This document shows positions 52,279 to 59,556 of a stretch of 64,000 nucleotides of DNA, in pieces. The position numbers and the translations under genes were made by a program. Within the stretch, counting starts at the first letter, position 1. Each line of letters starts with the position of its first letter. A model generated the notes under the pieces. The model worked only from the letters and a program-made list of their open reading frames with translations. It did not search any database and was not told the DNA's origin. Source of the DNA: a virus (lineage: Duplodnaviria; Caudoviricetes); the IMG/VR virus record IMGVR_UViG_3300017691_000006, positions 12,751 to 76,750 of that record; one strand, 5' to 3'.

Positions 52279-54519
52279 TTAGACGAAACAGTAGTCGGAG
52301 TCCTTCACCAGCGTGATGTCGAGCGTGCCGAACTCGACCTGGCTGATGTCGCCCATGATGTCTTCCATGATGTTGCCGAGCGGGTCGGCGTCGTACAGCT
52401 CCACGAACGTGTCGCGGATCAGCTGGAAGAGCTCGGGCATGTCGGCCAGCAGGCAGCCGAACGAGTCGTGGATGGTAGTGATCGGGAAGTCTGCCTTGGC
52501 CACCGTGATGGTCAGGTGGGCGGCGTCGAGCGAGTGGATGGCGTTCGGCGAGGCGCCGGACACCTGCTTGCCCTTCGACGGCACCTGGTTCTCGATGAAG
52601 CAGATGGCGATCTGGTACGTGTTCGCGTAGTAGCCGGTGGACAGACGCTCGCCGACCGGCGGGCCGTACTGCACCCAGATCTTGCGCGACACGCCCTCGG
52701 TGTAGTACTGGACGACGGGGAAGTCGGTGACCGGCACGGTCCACGACAGGAACTCCCCGGCCTCCTCCGCCTCCCTGCCCGCGTTCTCGAACACGGACAG
52801 CAGCTGCATCGGGCGGCGGAGGCTGACCCGGCAGTCGTCGAACACGACGCGGCCTAGGTAAGAGCCCCACTTGTGCTCCATGAACAGGAGCTTGTCGATG
52901 CCGTGCTTCTTGGAGTCGTCGATCTGCTGCTGGCCCAGGCCGTACGGGGTGCCGCCGTAGGGCAGGGTCATGACGTTGCGCTTGACGATCTTGCGCCGCT
53001 CCTTGGCGTCCGTGACGGACAGCCAGTAGACGGGACTGGACAGGTCGCCGATGCGCTTGTGCATGTCCTTGTAGGCCCGGACCTCGTCGATGAGCATGCT
53101 GCGCTGCACGCTCTTCGGCTCGAGGTTCTGGATGGTCTTCTTGTACTGCACCAGCGTGTCGATGTAGGACACGCAGGCCTTGTAGTCCTCCGGCAAGTAC
53201 GCGGCGACCTCCAGCTGCAGCCGCTCCCACACGTGGTCGGCGACGTACTTGTAGAGGTCACCGGGCAGCTCGCTCGGCACCAGGTTGACGTGCGGCGCCG
53301 TCTCCTCGTCCCTGGTGAGCGCCGAGAGGTGCTGGCTGCCGTTGTTGGAGCCGTCGATGTACACCTCCAGCGAGGACTCGTAGTCGTAGTTCTCGTAGTC
53401 GCCGCCCTGCTGGGTCTGCCAGATACGGAGCTTCATCAGCTCGGTGCAGGCGGCAAGGAACTGCCAGGGCTTGTCGGCCTTCATCCAGCCCTGGTTCACG
53501 CGTGGCTGCTCGGCGTACGAGAGCAGGATGTCCTCGTGCTCCTTACACCACGCGTACCGATCCTTCAGAGGGATCTTGTCGGTCTTTGCCTTGTCTGGTC
53601 GACCAGCATCTCCTGCCCAATTCGAAGCAATGGAGACAAGGAGCCAGAAGAAACCAGGCTCGCCAATCCGCTTGCGATCTGCTCGGAGGAGAAGTCCCCT
53701 TGCCAGATCACTACCTTGCTCGTGGAGGTAGGCGGTGGTGGGGTACTTGCGCCCACGGAAGTCGAAGTAATAGAGATGGTAAAATCGTCGGCCAAGGAAC
53801 CGGCCAGCGATATCTCCAATCGCCTTCGCTTCTCTGAGCTTGGTGGCTCGGGCGTCTTTGCTAGACTGCTCCCAGATATCGCTGAAAGCATCTGTCTTGT
53901 TGCCCAGCGCCCAACGGTACGTTTGATAGATGTCTTGATTGACATTCCAACCAACCTCCTGTGCTTTGTTGAGACAAGCGAACAGCATCGGGTGCGTCTC
54001 GAGCGTGATCTTGTCGAGGACGTCCCTGCTGCCCGTCTTAACCATCGGCATCCCCGTGGCGTGCCTGGAGGTGGTCCAGGGCTCGTACGGGGTCACCGAC
54101 GGCAGCTTCTCGTTGGTCGAGGAGGTCACGGAGGACCACAGACCGACGATGCCGTCGTCGTCCACGAGTCGGACGATGTAGGCGGCGTGGCTCTTGTTGC
54201 CCTGACCGAGTATCACCTCGATCATCTGCAGCTTCTGGAAGGACCACAGCAGGAACGCGCCGGTCTTGGCGGCCAGGCTGGAGTCCCGCTTCTGCTTGAG
54301 CTTGGAGCGCACCGAGTGGCCCAGAGCAGCCACCATCTCCGAGAAGTAGATGGCGGTGCTGCCGAAGCCCTTCTTGACACGCGTGTACATGTACACGACC
54401 GAGATCACGGTGTCAAGGTATTCTTCCACTTGGAACTGCTTGAGGTACTTGAGCGGGTTGCGCGGCGAGACCTCAACCTCGAGCCGCTCCTCAATGCTCT
54501 TCTTCAGCTCAGCGCGCAT
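52279..54519 (-). CDS. T7-like single-subunit DNA-dependent RNA polymerase (746 aa)
   Basis: YYFDFRGRKY, KPWQFLA, IDGSNNGSQH (A), RKIVKRNVMTLPYG (B), PNAIHSLDAAHL and TIHDSF (C). Confidence 0.96.
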   Translation of the reverse strand: MRAELKKSIEERLEVEVSPRNPLKYLKQFQVEEYLDTVISVVYMYTRVKKGFGSTAIYFSEMVAALGHSVRSKLKQKRDSSLAAKTGAFLLWSFQKLQMIEVILGQGNKSHAAYIVRLVDDDGIVGLWSSVTSSTNEKLPSVTPYEPWTTSRHATGMPMVKTGSRDVLDKITLETHPMLFACLNKAQEVGWNVNQDIYQTYRWALGNKTDAFSDIWEQSSKDARATKLREAKAIGDIAGRFLGRRFYHLYYFDFRGRKYPTTAYLHEQGSDLARGLLLRADRKRIGEPGFFWLLVSIASNWAGDAGRPDKAKTDKIPLKDRYAWCKEHEDILLSYAEQPRVNQGWMKADKPWQFLAACTELMKLRIWQTQQGGDYENYDYESSLEVYIDGSNNGSQHLSALTRDEETAPHVNLVPSELPGDLYKYVADHVWERLQLEVAAYLPEDYKACVSYIDTLVQYKKTIQNLEPKSVQRSMLIDEVRAYKDMHKRIGDLSSPVYWLSVTDAKERRKIVKRNVMTLPYGGTPYGLGQQQIDDSKKHGIDKLLFMEHKWGSYLGRVVFDDCRVSLRRPMQLLSVFENAGREAEEAGEFLSWTVPVTDFPVVQYYTEGVSRKIWVQYGPPVGERLSTGYYANTYQIAICFIENQVPSKGKQVSGASPNAIHSLDAAHLTITVAKADFPITTIHDSFGCLLADMPELFQLIRDTFVELYDADPLGNIMEDIMGDISQVEFGTLDITLVKDSDYCFV
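53565..53945 (-). CDS. candidate overprinted 126-aa ORF inside the RNAP gene (+1 frame)
   Basis: ATG 9 nt after AGGAGG; stop-free for 126 codons; coincides with a sharp loss of GC3 bias in the RNAP frame. Confidence 0.55.
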   Translation of the reverse strand: MSIKTSIKRTVGRWATRQMLSAISGSSLAKTPEPPSSEKRRRLEISLAGSLADDFTISITSTSVGASTPPPPTSTSKVVIWQGDFSSEQIASGLASLVSSGSLSPLLRIGQEMLVDQTRQRPTRSL

Positions 54520-54666
54520 TCACTTCCTTTGGAGTAGGGACAGGACGGCTACGAGCGCGACGACGGAGCCGACGACTGCGGCAAGTTTCAGTGCCAGGGC
54601 GAACAGGATGATGAACACGAAGCCCTTGGCCAAGACATTACCGTTAGTCGACGAACTCTTTCTCAC
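54520..54666 (-). CDS. 48-aa membrane micropeptide (MRKSSSTNGNVLAKGFVF...)
   Basis: GTG after GAGGAG; stop abuts the RNAP ATG. Confidence 0.55.
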   Translation of the reverse strand: MRKSSSTNGNVLAKGFVFIILFALALKLAAVVGSVVALVAVLSLLQRK

Positions 54667-54684
54667 GCACGCTCCTCAATTATT

Positions 54685-54768
54685 TCAGTTGTGACACTTT
54701 CCGATGATGATCCCTAGGATCGTAATTAGCGCGCTGATGAGCAAGGGAGTGGCGTAGAGCACTTGCAT
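54685..54768 (-). CDS. 27-aa hydrophobic micropeptide (MQVLYATPLLISAL...)
   Basis: Read manually; single TM. Confidence 0.35.
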   Translation of the reverse strand: MQVLYATPLLISALITILGIIIGKCHN

Positions 54769-54790
54769 TAGGATACGGTGTGCGAGAGGG

Positions 54791-55150
54791 CTAGAGCAGC
54801 CCGTTCGCGTCGAGGAAGCCGACAGTTGCCATCACCAGGGCAAGACCGGGGCTGAGAGCCTGAGCTCCCGACTGCTGCGAGTGCTCGGCGTGCTTGACGA
54901 CGGCTTCTGCGGCCAGAACACCGGGCTCAGGAAACGTCGGCCGTAGCTCCCACAGAACGTCTGGGGGACAGACCGAGTACAGAAGGCGAAAAGCCTCGTC
55001 CAAGGAGCCGACGTAATCGGGGAGTAGGAAGGCCTTGAGGCCGGGGCGCCATGCATGGATTCTCTCGTTGATGTGTGTCGCGTCGTAGTGGCCCGTGACG
55101 CCTGCGGGCAGCTCGCTGAGGAAGGCGAGCAGCTCCTTCGTGTCAAGCAT
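54791..55150 (-). CDS. hypothetical protein
   Basis: 119 aa; DYVGSLDEAFRL...PD..W pattern. Confidence 0.55.
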   Translation of the reverse strand: MLDTKELLAFLSELPAGVTGHYDATHINERIHAWRPGLKAFLLPDYVGSLDEAFRLLYSVCPPDVLWELRPTFPEPGVLAAEAVVKHAEHSQQSGAQALSPGLALVMATVGFLDANGLL

Positions 55151-55556
55151 CCGTGAGGCTGTTCACGTTGAAGTCGTGGCCACGGTTGACAACCTCGTAG
55201 TCTGCCTCGGCCAGCAGGTCGACCTCGCCAGGGCCGGGGTTCGGCTTGGTGGTCGGCTTGCCGAACTGCTTGAGGCGGTTCTGGGCGCGCTGGCACTGGT
55301 TGCAGCTGACCGGGTCGTCGGTGCCGGCGAAGTCCTCGTTGGTCTGGAAGAAGTTGTGCTGCTTGCCGCACAGGTACGCCTCGCTGTCGTCCTCGTCGAC
55401 CGCGTGGGTGATCAGGAACTGGTTGAGGCCGACGCTCTCGACCGGCTGCTTGAGCTTCTTCGGCTTGTAGTCCGACTTGTAGCCCTCCTCGCCGCAGCCG
55501 GAGGCGGTCATCATCTGCGCCTGAACGGTGCCGGTAGCCTTGAAACGTGTCGACAT
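55143..55556 (-). CDS. hypothetical protein with Cys cluster
   Basis: 137 aa; YLCG...VSCNQC possible zinc site; RBS AGAGG. Confidence 0.6.
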   Translation of the reverse strand: MSTRFKATGTVQAQMMTASGCGEEGYKSDYKPKKLKQPVESVGLNQFLITHAVDEDDSEAYLCGKQHNFFQTNEDFAGTDDPVSCNQCQRAQNRLKQFGKPTTKPNPGPGEVDLLAEADYEVVNRGHDFNVNSLTDA

Positions 55557-55593
55557 GGTTGTACCTCTTAGCCGTAAAAAAGTTAGGTGTGGA

Positions 55594-55620
55594 GGCCAGT
55601 TTAACGTCGTAGCCAGGACG
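55594..55620 (-). ncRNA. H-type pseudoknot element, copy 4
   Basis: RNA CGUC-CUGGCUAC-GACG-UUAAAC-UGGCC. Confidence 0.7.
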
Positions 55621-55689
55621 TGCTCGAAGCCGAAAAATATTTTAGCGGAGAACGCCCACGAGGGGCGGCAGTAAAAATATTAGGTAGTA

Positions 55690-55716
55690 GGGCAGTTTTA
55701 CGACTTGCCCAGGTCG
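55690..55716 (-). ncRNA. H-type pseudoknot element, copy 5
   Basis: RNA CGAC-CUGGGCAA-GUCG-UAAAAC-UGCCC; both stems covary; contains the stop codon of the upstream gene. Confidence 0.7.
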
Positions 55717-55892
55717 CCCTTGAATCTCACGAATAGCAACCCTGCCAGCAGGACCGCCAGCCACTTGAAGAAGGAGAACGTACCTGCCGCGATCTTCACC
55801 GTCCCGGGAGGGAAGGCGAACAGCAGGTACACGAGCAGGGCGGCTCCGGACAGCTGTAGGCCGCCGGAGACGCTCTTGATCGCTGCCCTCAC
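55698..55892 (-). CDS. 64-aa two-TM membrane peptide
   Basis: GTG overlaps upstream stop; two hydrophobic helices. Confidence 0.55.
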   Translation of the reverse strand: MRAAIKSVSGGLQLSGAALLVYLLFAFPPGTVKIAAGTFSFFKWLAVLLAGLLFVRFKGDLGKS

Positions 55893-56092
55893 AGGTCCTC
55901 GAACGAGAAGACGACCTTGCCGGCCTTCTTGTTGGGGAGGCTCGCGATGCCCTTGCGGAACACGCCGAGCAGCGAGAGACCCTTCAGCCACACGAAGAGG
56001 CTGACCGCCGCCTTCGCCGAGACGAGCAGCATGCAGATCACCACGATGTAGGCAACGAGGTGTACGGTGTCAAAGAAACCGAGTCCGAACAT
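55889..56092 (-). CDS. 67-aa membrane peptide
   Basis: RBS GGAG; hydrophobic; directly behind a class B motif. Confidence 0.6.
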   Translation of the reverse strand: MFGLGFFDTVHLVAYIVVICMLLVSAKAAVSLFVWLKGLSLLGVFRKGIASLPNKKAGKVVFSFEDL

Positions 56093-56124
56093 TTCATTTC
56101 TCCGCTAAGAGTATTTCCGAGATA

Positions 56125-56162
56125 CCTAGGTGGATATCATATAAGATACCCGCTTTTGCGCG
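56125..56162 (-). promoter_or_regulatory. class B conserved motif
   Basis: Plus strand CCTAGGTGGATATCATATAAGATACCCGCTTTTGCGCG. Confidence 0.75.
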
Positions 56163-56165
56163 GTA

Positions 56166-56294
56166 TCAGTTGTTGTCGTTGGCCCGGTTCACCAGGTTCA
56201 CCGCACCGTTGATGATGTAACCGATCATGCGAATGATCGCCATGAAGCAGTAGATGGTGATGGTGAAGAAACCAGCGACGAGTGCTTCGAGCAT
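56166..56294 (-). CDS. 42-aa membrane micropeptide (MLEALVAGFFTITIYC...)
   Basis: ATG after AGGAG; behind a class B motif. Confidence 0.55.
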   Translation of the reverse strand: MLEALVAGFFTITIYCFMAIIRMIGYIINGAVNLVNRANDNN

Positions 56295-56313
56295 TTTATT
56301 TCTCCTGTTGATA

Positions 56314-56351
56314 CCTAGGGTGATATCATATAAGATACCCCTATTTGCGCG
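56314..56351 (-). promoter_or_regulatory. class B conserved motif
   Basis: Plus strand CCTAGGGTGATATCATATAAGATACCCCTATTTGCGCG. Confidence 0.75.
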
Positions 56352-56353
56352 TT

Positions 56354-56542
56354 TTAGAGGTGCTCCAGGATGTCCTTCACAGCGAAGGTTCTCACCGCGC
56401 GCTTGTCCACGTCGTAGGCGCGGAGCAGCCACTGCTTCTGGGGGTGGTACTTGTTTGAGCTCCACACCAGCGGGCGGTGGGCGTTGGGGACGACGTGCCG
56501 CACGGACACGTCTCCCTTGTAGTTCCGGTAGCGGAACCTCAT
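56354..56542 (-). CDS. stand-alone WYL-domain protein (62 aa)
   Basis: FRYRNYKG..S.RHVVP...WLLRAYDVDKRAVRTFAVKDI matches the WYL pattern; ATG at 56542 overlaps upstream stop. Confidence 0.7.
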   Translation of the reverse strand: MRFRYRNYKGDVSVRHVVPNAHRPLVWSSNKYHPQKQWLLRAYDVDKRAVRTFAVKDILEHL

Positions 56543-56691
56543 CGCTTGCGACGTTTCGCCTTCTTCTTCGCCCCGAACAGCAGCGCCTTCAGCCCGCTGG
56601 TCTTGGCCTTCTTCTTGCGGAGCTTCGCCTTCTTGGCCATCTCCGCGTGGGTGCCCTTCGGCACGTACGGTCTGTCCCATTTGTTTCCCAT
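56539..56691 (-). CDS. 50-aa Lys-rich basic peptide
   Basis: MGNKWDRPYVPKGTHAEMAKKAKLRKKKAKTSGLKALLFGAKKKAKRRKR; typical codon bias. Confidence 0.55.
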   Translation of the reverse strand: MGNKWDRPYVPKGTHAEMAKKAKLRKKKAKTSGLKALLFGAKKKAKRRKR

Positions 56692-56694
56692 CTC

Positions 56695-57039
56695 TCAATT
56701 ATCGGGCGTCGGGGTGTCCGTGCCCTCTGCTGCTGCGGCGTCGCTGAGCTGCTTGCTCTCGCCGCCCTGGTGCTCGCCGACGTTCAGGTCGGTCTGCTCC
56801 GTGTACTCGTCGTCTTCGGGTCGCATTTGCCATCCTTTCTCTGTCTGCTCGAACTTGCCGGACCTGACCAGCGCTCCGGCGATGCGCTTGCTCGTGAACT
56901 TGTTCTTGGGTAGCTTCTTACGCAGGGCGCTCAGCGATATAGCCGTCTGCCCAGCTGCAACCGCCACTGCCGTTGAGCAGATCAGCCTGTCGGTTTGCTT
57001 CTGCGACGAGCGCTGATGCGCGAGAACCGTGTAGGCCAT
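56695..57039 (-). CDS. hypothetical protein
   Basis: 114 aa, ATG after GGAG. Confidence 0.5.
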   Translation of the reverse strand: MAYTVLAHQRSSQKQTDRLICSTAVAVAAGQTAISLSALRKKLPKNKFTSKRIAGALVRSGKFEQTEKGWQMRPEDDEYTEQTDLNVGEHQGGESKQLSDAAAAEGTDTPTPDN

Positions 57040-57358
57040 CGTTCCACTCCCTCACCCAAACGTGCATGAACGCGAAGGCAGCCAGCGAGTGGCTGAATAT
57101 CCGCGTCTCAACGCAGTGCTCGGCGCCGCTCGCGTCCGCGAAGACGAAGCAGTGACCGTGCGCCCTTGACCACCCTCTTACGCTTCGAGCCACGAAGGGC
57201 CTTGGCAGGTTCCAGTACCGCAGCGTCTCCTCCTGCTGCCGGAGCTGCTGCCAGGCCTGCAGGGTCTCCGGCGTCAGCGTGTGCAGCAGGCCGAGGCCCT
57301 CGAGCCTTGGCAACGCCTCCAGGGCCAAAGAACGTAGGGCTGAGGTGGAGCTCATCAT
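56918..57358 (-). CDS. hypothetical protein
   Basis: Central part shows strong GC3 bias; overlaps both neighbours. Confidence 0.45.
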   Translation of the reverse strand: MMSSTSALRSLALEALPRLEGLGLLHTLTPETLQAWQQLRQQEETLRYWNLPRPFVARSVRGWSRAHGHCFVFADASGAEHCVETRIFSHSLAAFAFMHVWVREWNDGLHGSRASALVAEANRQADLLNGSGGCSWADGYIAERPA

Positions 57359-57746
57359 AGTAGTGGTTTCCGATCGGCTTGATGAACACGGGAGAGTCCT
57401 CGACCAGCCGGTGCGGCTGACCCATCTTCTCCGACGTGATGTTGAACTTCATGGCGGCTGCGGCCATGATGTCGATGCCCATGGCGGTGCAGAACATCTG
57501 CAGCGAGATGTAGCAGTCGCCCACCTCCTCCGCGATCTTCTGCATGACGTCTTCCTGCGTGAGGTCACGGTTGTCGTTGTAGCCGACGCGCAGCCGGTTC
57601 ATCTTCTTGTAGGCGTCGCTGAGCTCCCCGGACTCGCCGGCGAACTCCTGCAGCCACTCGCCCGGAGTCCAGTGCTCCAGAGGGCCGACGGCGTTGCCGC
57701 GTATGATGGTGGCCTGCTTGATGGTTGCGGGCGTGGTGTGGGTCAT
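57108..57746 (-). CDS. MazG-like nucleotide pyrophosphohydrolase
   Basis: FAGESGELSDAYKK...IAEEVGDCYISL...KFN EXXE motifs; last ~80 codons overlap the next gene and look non-coding. Confidence 0.75.
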   Translation of the reverse strand: MTHTTPATIKQATIIRGNAVGPLEHWTPGEWLQEFAGESGELSDAYKKMNRLRVGYNDNRDLTQEDVMQKIAEEVGDCYISLQMFCTAMGIDIMAAAAMKFNITSEKMGQPHRLVEDSPVFIKPIGNHYYDELHLSPTFFGPGGVAKARGPRPAAHADAGDPAGLAAAPAAGGDAAVLEPAKALRGSKRKRVVKGARSLLRLRGRERRRALR

Positions 57747-58339
57747 CGCATTAGCTCCTTTATCTGTTCGAGTCGCTTGAGTACGTAGTCTTCGTCGGGC
57801 TTGTCGTAGAGGCCGTCGAGCGAGGGCACCTCCTTGCCGTTGCCGAAGCGGAAGGCGAAGGTGTGTTCGTCGACCGGCACCTTGTCCTCGTGCTGGACCA
57901 GCAGCAGGACCGTCTGGGGGTCGTCGATCGAGATCGTGTGGATGTCGGTGTGGGCGCTGAAGTAGGACTTGTCACGCTCGTACTTGAACGCGCCCTTCTC
58001 CCGCATGGCCACCTCCCTGGCCCACTCGAAGCCGTCTCCGCCGTTGAGCGGGGTCATGTACCGGAACATCTGCGCGCGGTGCGTGCGCGGAGCCTCGGTG
58101 ACCAGCGGCGCGAGGTCGTAGGTGCGGTTCACCACGCTGCCGGCAAGGACGTGGGTGTAGAAGTCGTAGCGGTGGTCGTGCGGGACGACCGCCTCGGGCA
58201 GCTGCGATACCTCGCCCTCGAAGAAGTAGGCCTTGACGGTCAGCTGGGGCGACCGCGCCAGGCAGAGGTAGTCGAAGCCCTTGCAGTGGAAGTTGATGAA
58301 AGAGTTCTTCACGATGTCGTGCAGGTCGTCGTAGCGCAT
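57743..58339 (-). CDS. cupin-fold protein
   Basis: VVPHDHRYDFYTHVLAG and DIHTI metal-ligand motifs. Confidence 0.65.
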   Translation of the reverse strand: MRYDDLHDIVKNSFINFHCKGFDYLCLARSPQLTVKAYFFEGEVSQLPEAVVPHDHRYDFYTHVLAGSVVNRTYDLAPLVTEAPRTHRAQMFRYMTPLNGGDGFEWAREVAMREKGAFKYERDKSYFSAHTDIHTISIDDPQTVLLLVQHEDKVPVDEHTFAFRFGNGKEVPSLDGLYDKPDEDYVLKRLEQIKELMR

Positions 58340-58346
58340 TGTTACC

Positions 58347-58739
58347 TCAGAGCTGGATGCTGGCTGCCGACACCTTCGGGCCCTCGGGCTTCGGCGTCGG
58401 TACGTGGTCGGCGCTGACCTCCACCAGCTCGGGCTGGGGCAGCTGCGCCTCGTAGATCTTGTTGCGGCACGCCCAGATGGCGTCGTACAGGTGGACGCCG
58501 GTAGAGGACTGCGTGCCCTTCGGGTGCAGCATGGTCACCCTGAACATGCCGCGCGAGCTGTCCGGGTTCGGGGGCAGCACCTCGACCTTGGTCTCGAACG
58601 CCTCGGCGTGCATGCAGAGCTTCATCAGCGCCACCTCCAGCGCCTCCAGCTCCTCGCGTGTTGTGGGTATCGGCGCCTCGTTGAACAGCTGCCGCTCGCT
58701 CTTGAGCTGCGCCCTGATGCGCTCGTCTCTCTTGTTCAT
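58347..58739 (-). CDS. hypothetical protein
   Basis: 130 aa. Confidence 0.55.
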   Translation of the reverse strand: MNKRDERIRAQLKSERQLFNEAPIPTTREELEALEVALMKLCMHAEAFETKVEVLPPNPDSSRGMFRVTMLHPKGTQSSTGVHLYDAIWACRNKIYEAQLPQPELVEVSADHVPTPKPEGPKVSAASIQL

Positions 58740-58774
58740 GTCTTTGCTCTCGCCGAAAAGTAGTTAGGTGTGGA

Positions 58775-58801
58775 GGCCAGTTTAACGTCGTGGCCAGGAC
58801 G
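58775..58801 (-). ncRNA. H-type pseudoknot element, copy 6
   Basis: RNA CGUC-CUGGCCAC-GACG-UUAAAC-UGGCC. Confidence 0.7.
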
Positions 58802-58806
58802 GACTG

Positions 58807-59151
58807 CTACTGGTTGGCGGGAGCCGTGCGGAAGCTGAACTCCTCCGTGACCTTACCGTTGCACAGCCGCTCGATGCGCGAGGCGATCCTGCTGTTCGCC
58901 CGCTTCACGTACATGTTGTACTTGTCGTCGGCCTCGATCGAGTCGGGGTAGTGAACGACCATGGGCGGCGAGTTGTCGTTGAACACGACGCGGACGGCGT
59001 GGTCGTCCAGCCGCTCCAGCTGTTCCAGCAGGTTCTCCACCTCGTTGTCGAGAACGCTCTCGAGCGCGAGCAGGCCGTTGATGAGCTTCGTCAGCACCCA
59101 GATGGTACCGAGGAAGAGGTGGTAGAAGGTCTTGAGAAGGATCTTGTGCAT
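58807..59151 (-). CDS. hypothetical protein with N-terminal hydrophobic helix
   Basis: 114 aa. Confidence 0.55.
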   Translation of the reverse strand: MHKILLKTFYHLFLGTIWVLTKLINGLLALESVLDNEVENLLEQLERLDDHAVRVVFNDNSPPMVVHYPDSIEADDKYNMYVKRANSRIASRIERLCNGKVTEEFSFRTAPANQ

Positions 59152-59191
59152 GTTGACTCTCCGCTAGGGATGACTGTCGGGTTGGGTTGGT

Positions 59192-59542
59192 TCAGCGCAG
59201 CGATCGCGCCAGGCGGTCGGCAAAGGCCTTGTGCTCGGGGCACAGGTCCTTCGTCAGCTCGCGGTACTTCTGGATAACGAGGTAGTCGTCGCAGAGCTGG
59301 ACCATCACCGTCAGAGGCAGGCCCATCTCCGCCGCCGAGCGTGCGATCACGTCGGCGACGTGCTTGAGCTCGACCTTGCTTTCGATCTCGCCGTTCGCCT
59401 TGGCCTCCGCGCGTGCGGCCGAGCTAGCGGCCTTCTCCAGCAGGTCGAAGCCGAAGTCGTTCATGATAACGGCGATGGGGTGCTTTTCGAACGCCTTGCC
59501 GCCGGCGAATAGGTCGGCGAGGGTCTGTGCGAATACGATCAT
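59192..59542 (-). CDS. hypothetical protein (MIVFAQTL...)
   Basis: Probable ATG at 59542 after AAAGG. Confidence 0.5.
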   Translation of the reverse strand: MIVFAQTLADLFAGGKAFEKHPIAVIMNDFGFDLLEKAASSAARAEAKANGEIESKVELKHVADVIARSAAEMGLPLTVMVQLCDDYLVIQKYRELTKDLCPEHKAFADRLARSLR

Positions 59543-59556
59543 GGTGTTGTTACCTT

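Noticed and set aside
2002-54537. Many long plus-strand ORFs (e.g. 2002..3315, 4383..5744, 14445..15779, 49453..51144, 52873..54537)
   Set aside because: They mirror minus-strand genes, read as low-complexity V/L/G/R/D text typical of antisense frames in GC3-biased DNA, and have no motifs or RBS
54832-55056. Third possible overprinted +1 ORF (74 aa, MHGAPASRP...) inside 54791..55150
   Set aside because: Codon shift is mild, SD is weak, and the frame is open well beyond the patch, so chance cannot be excluded
30261-58801. Pseudoknot as a preQ1-I or SAM-II riboswitch
   Set aside because: Lacks their conserved ligand-binding sequences and is not linked to queuosine or methionine genes
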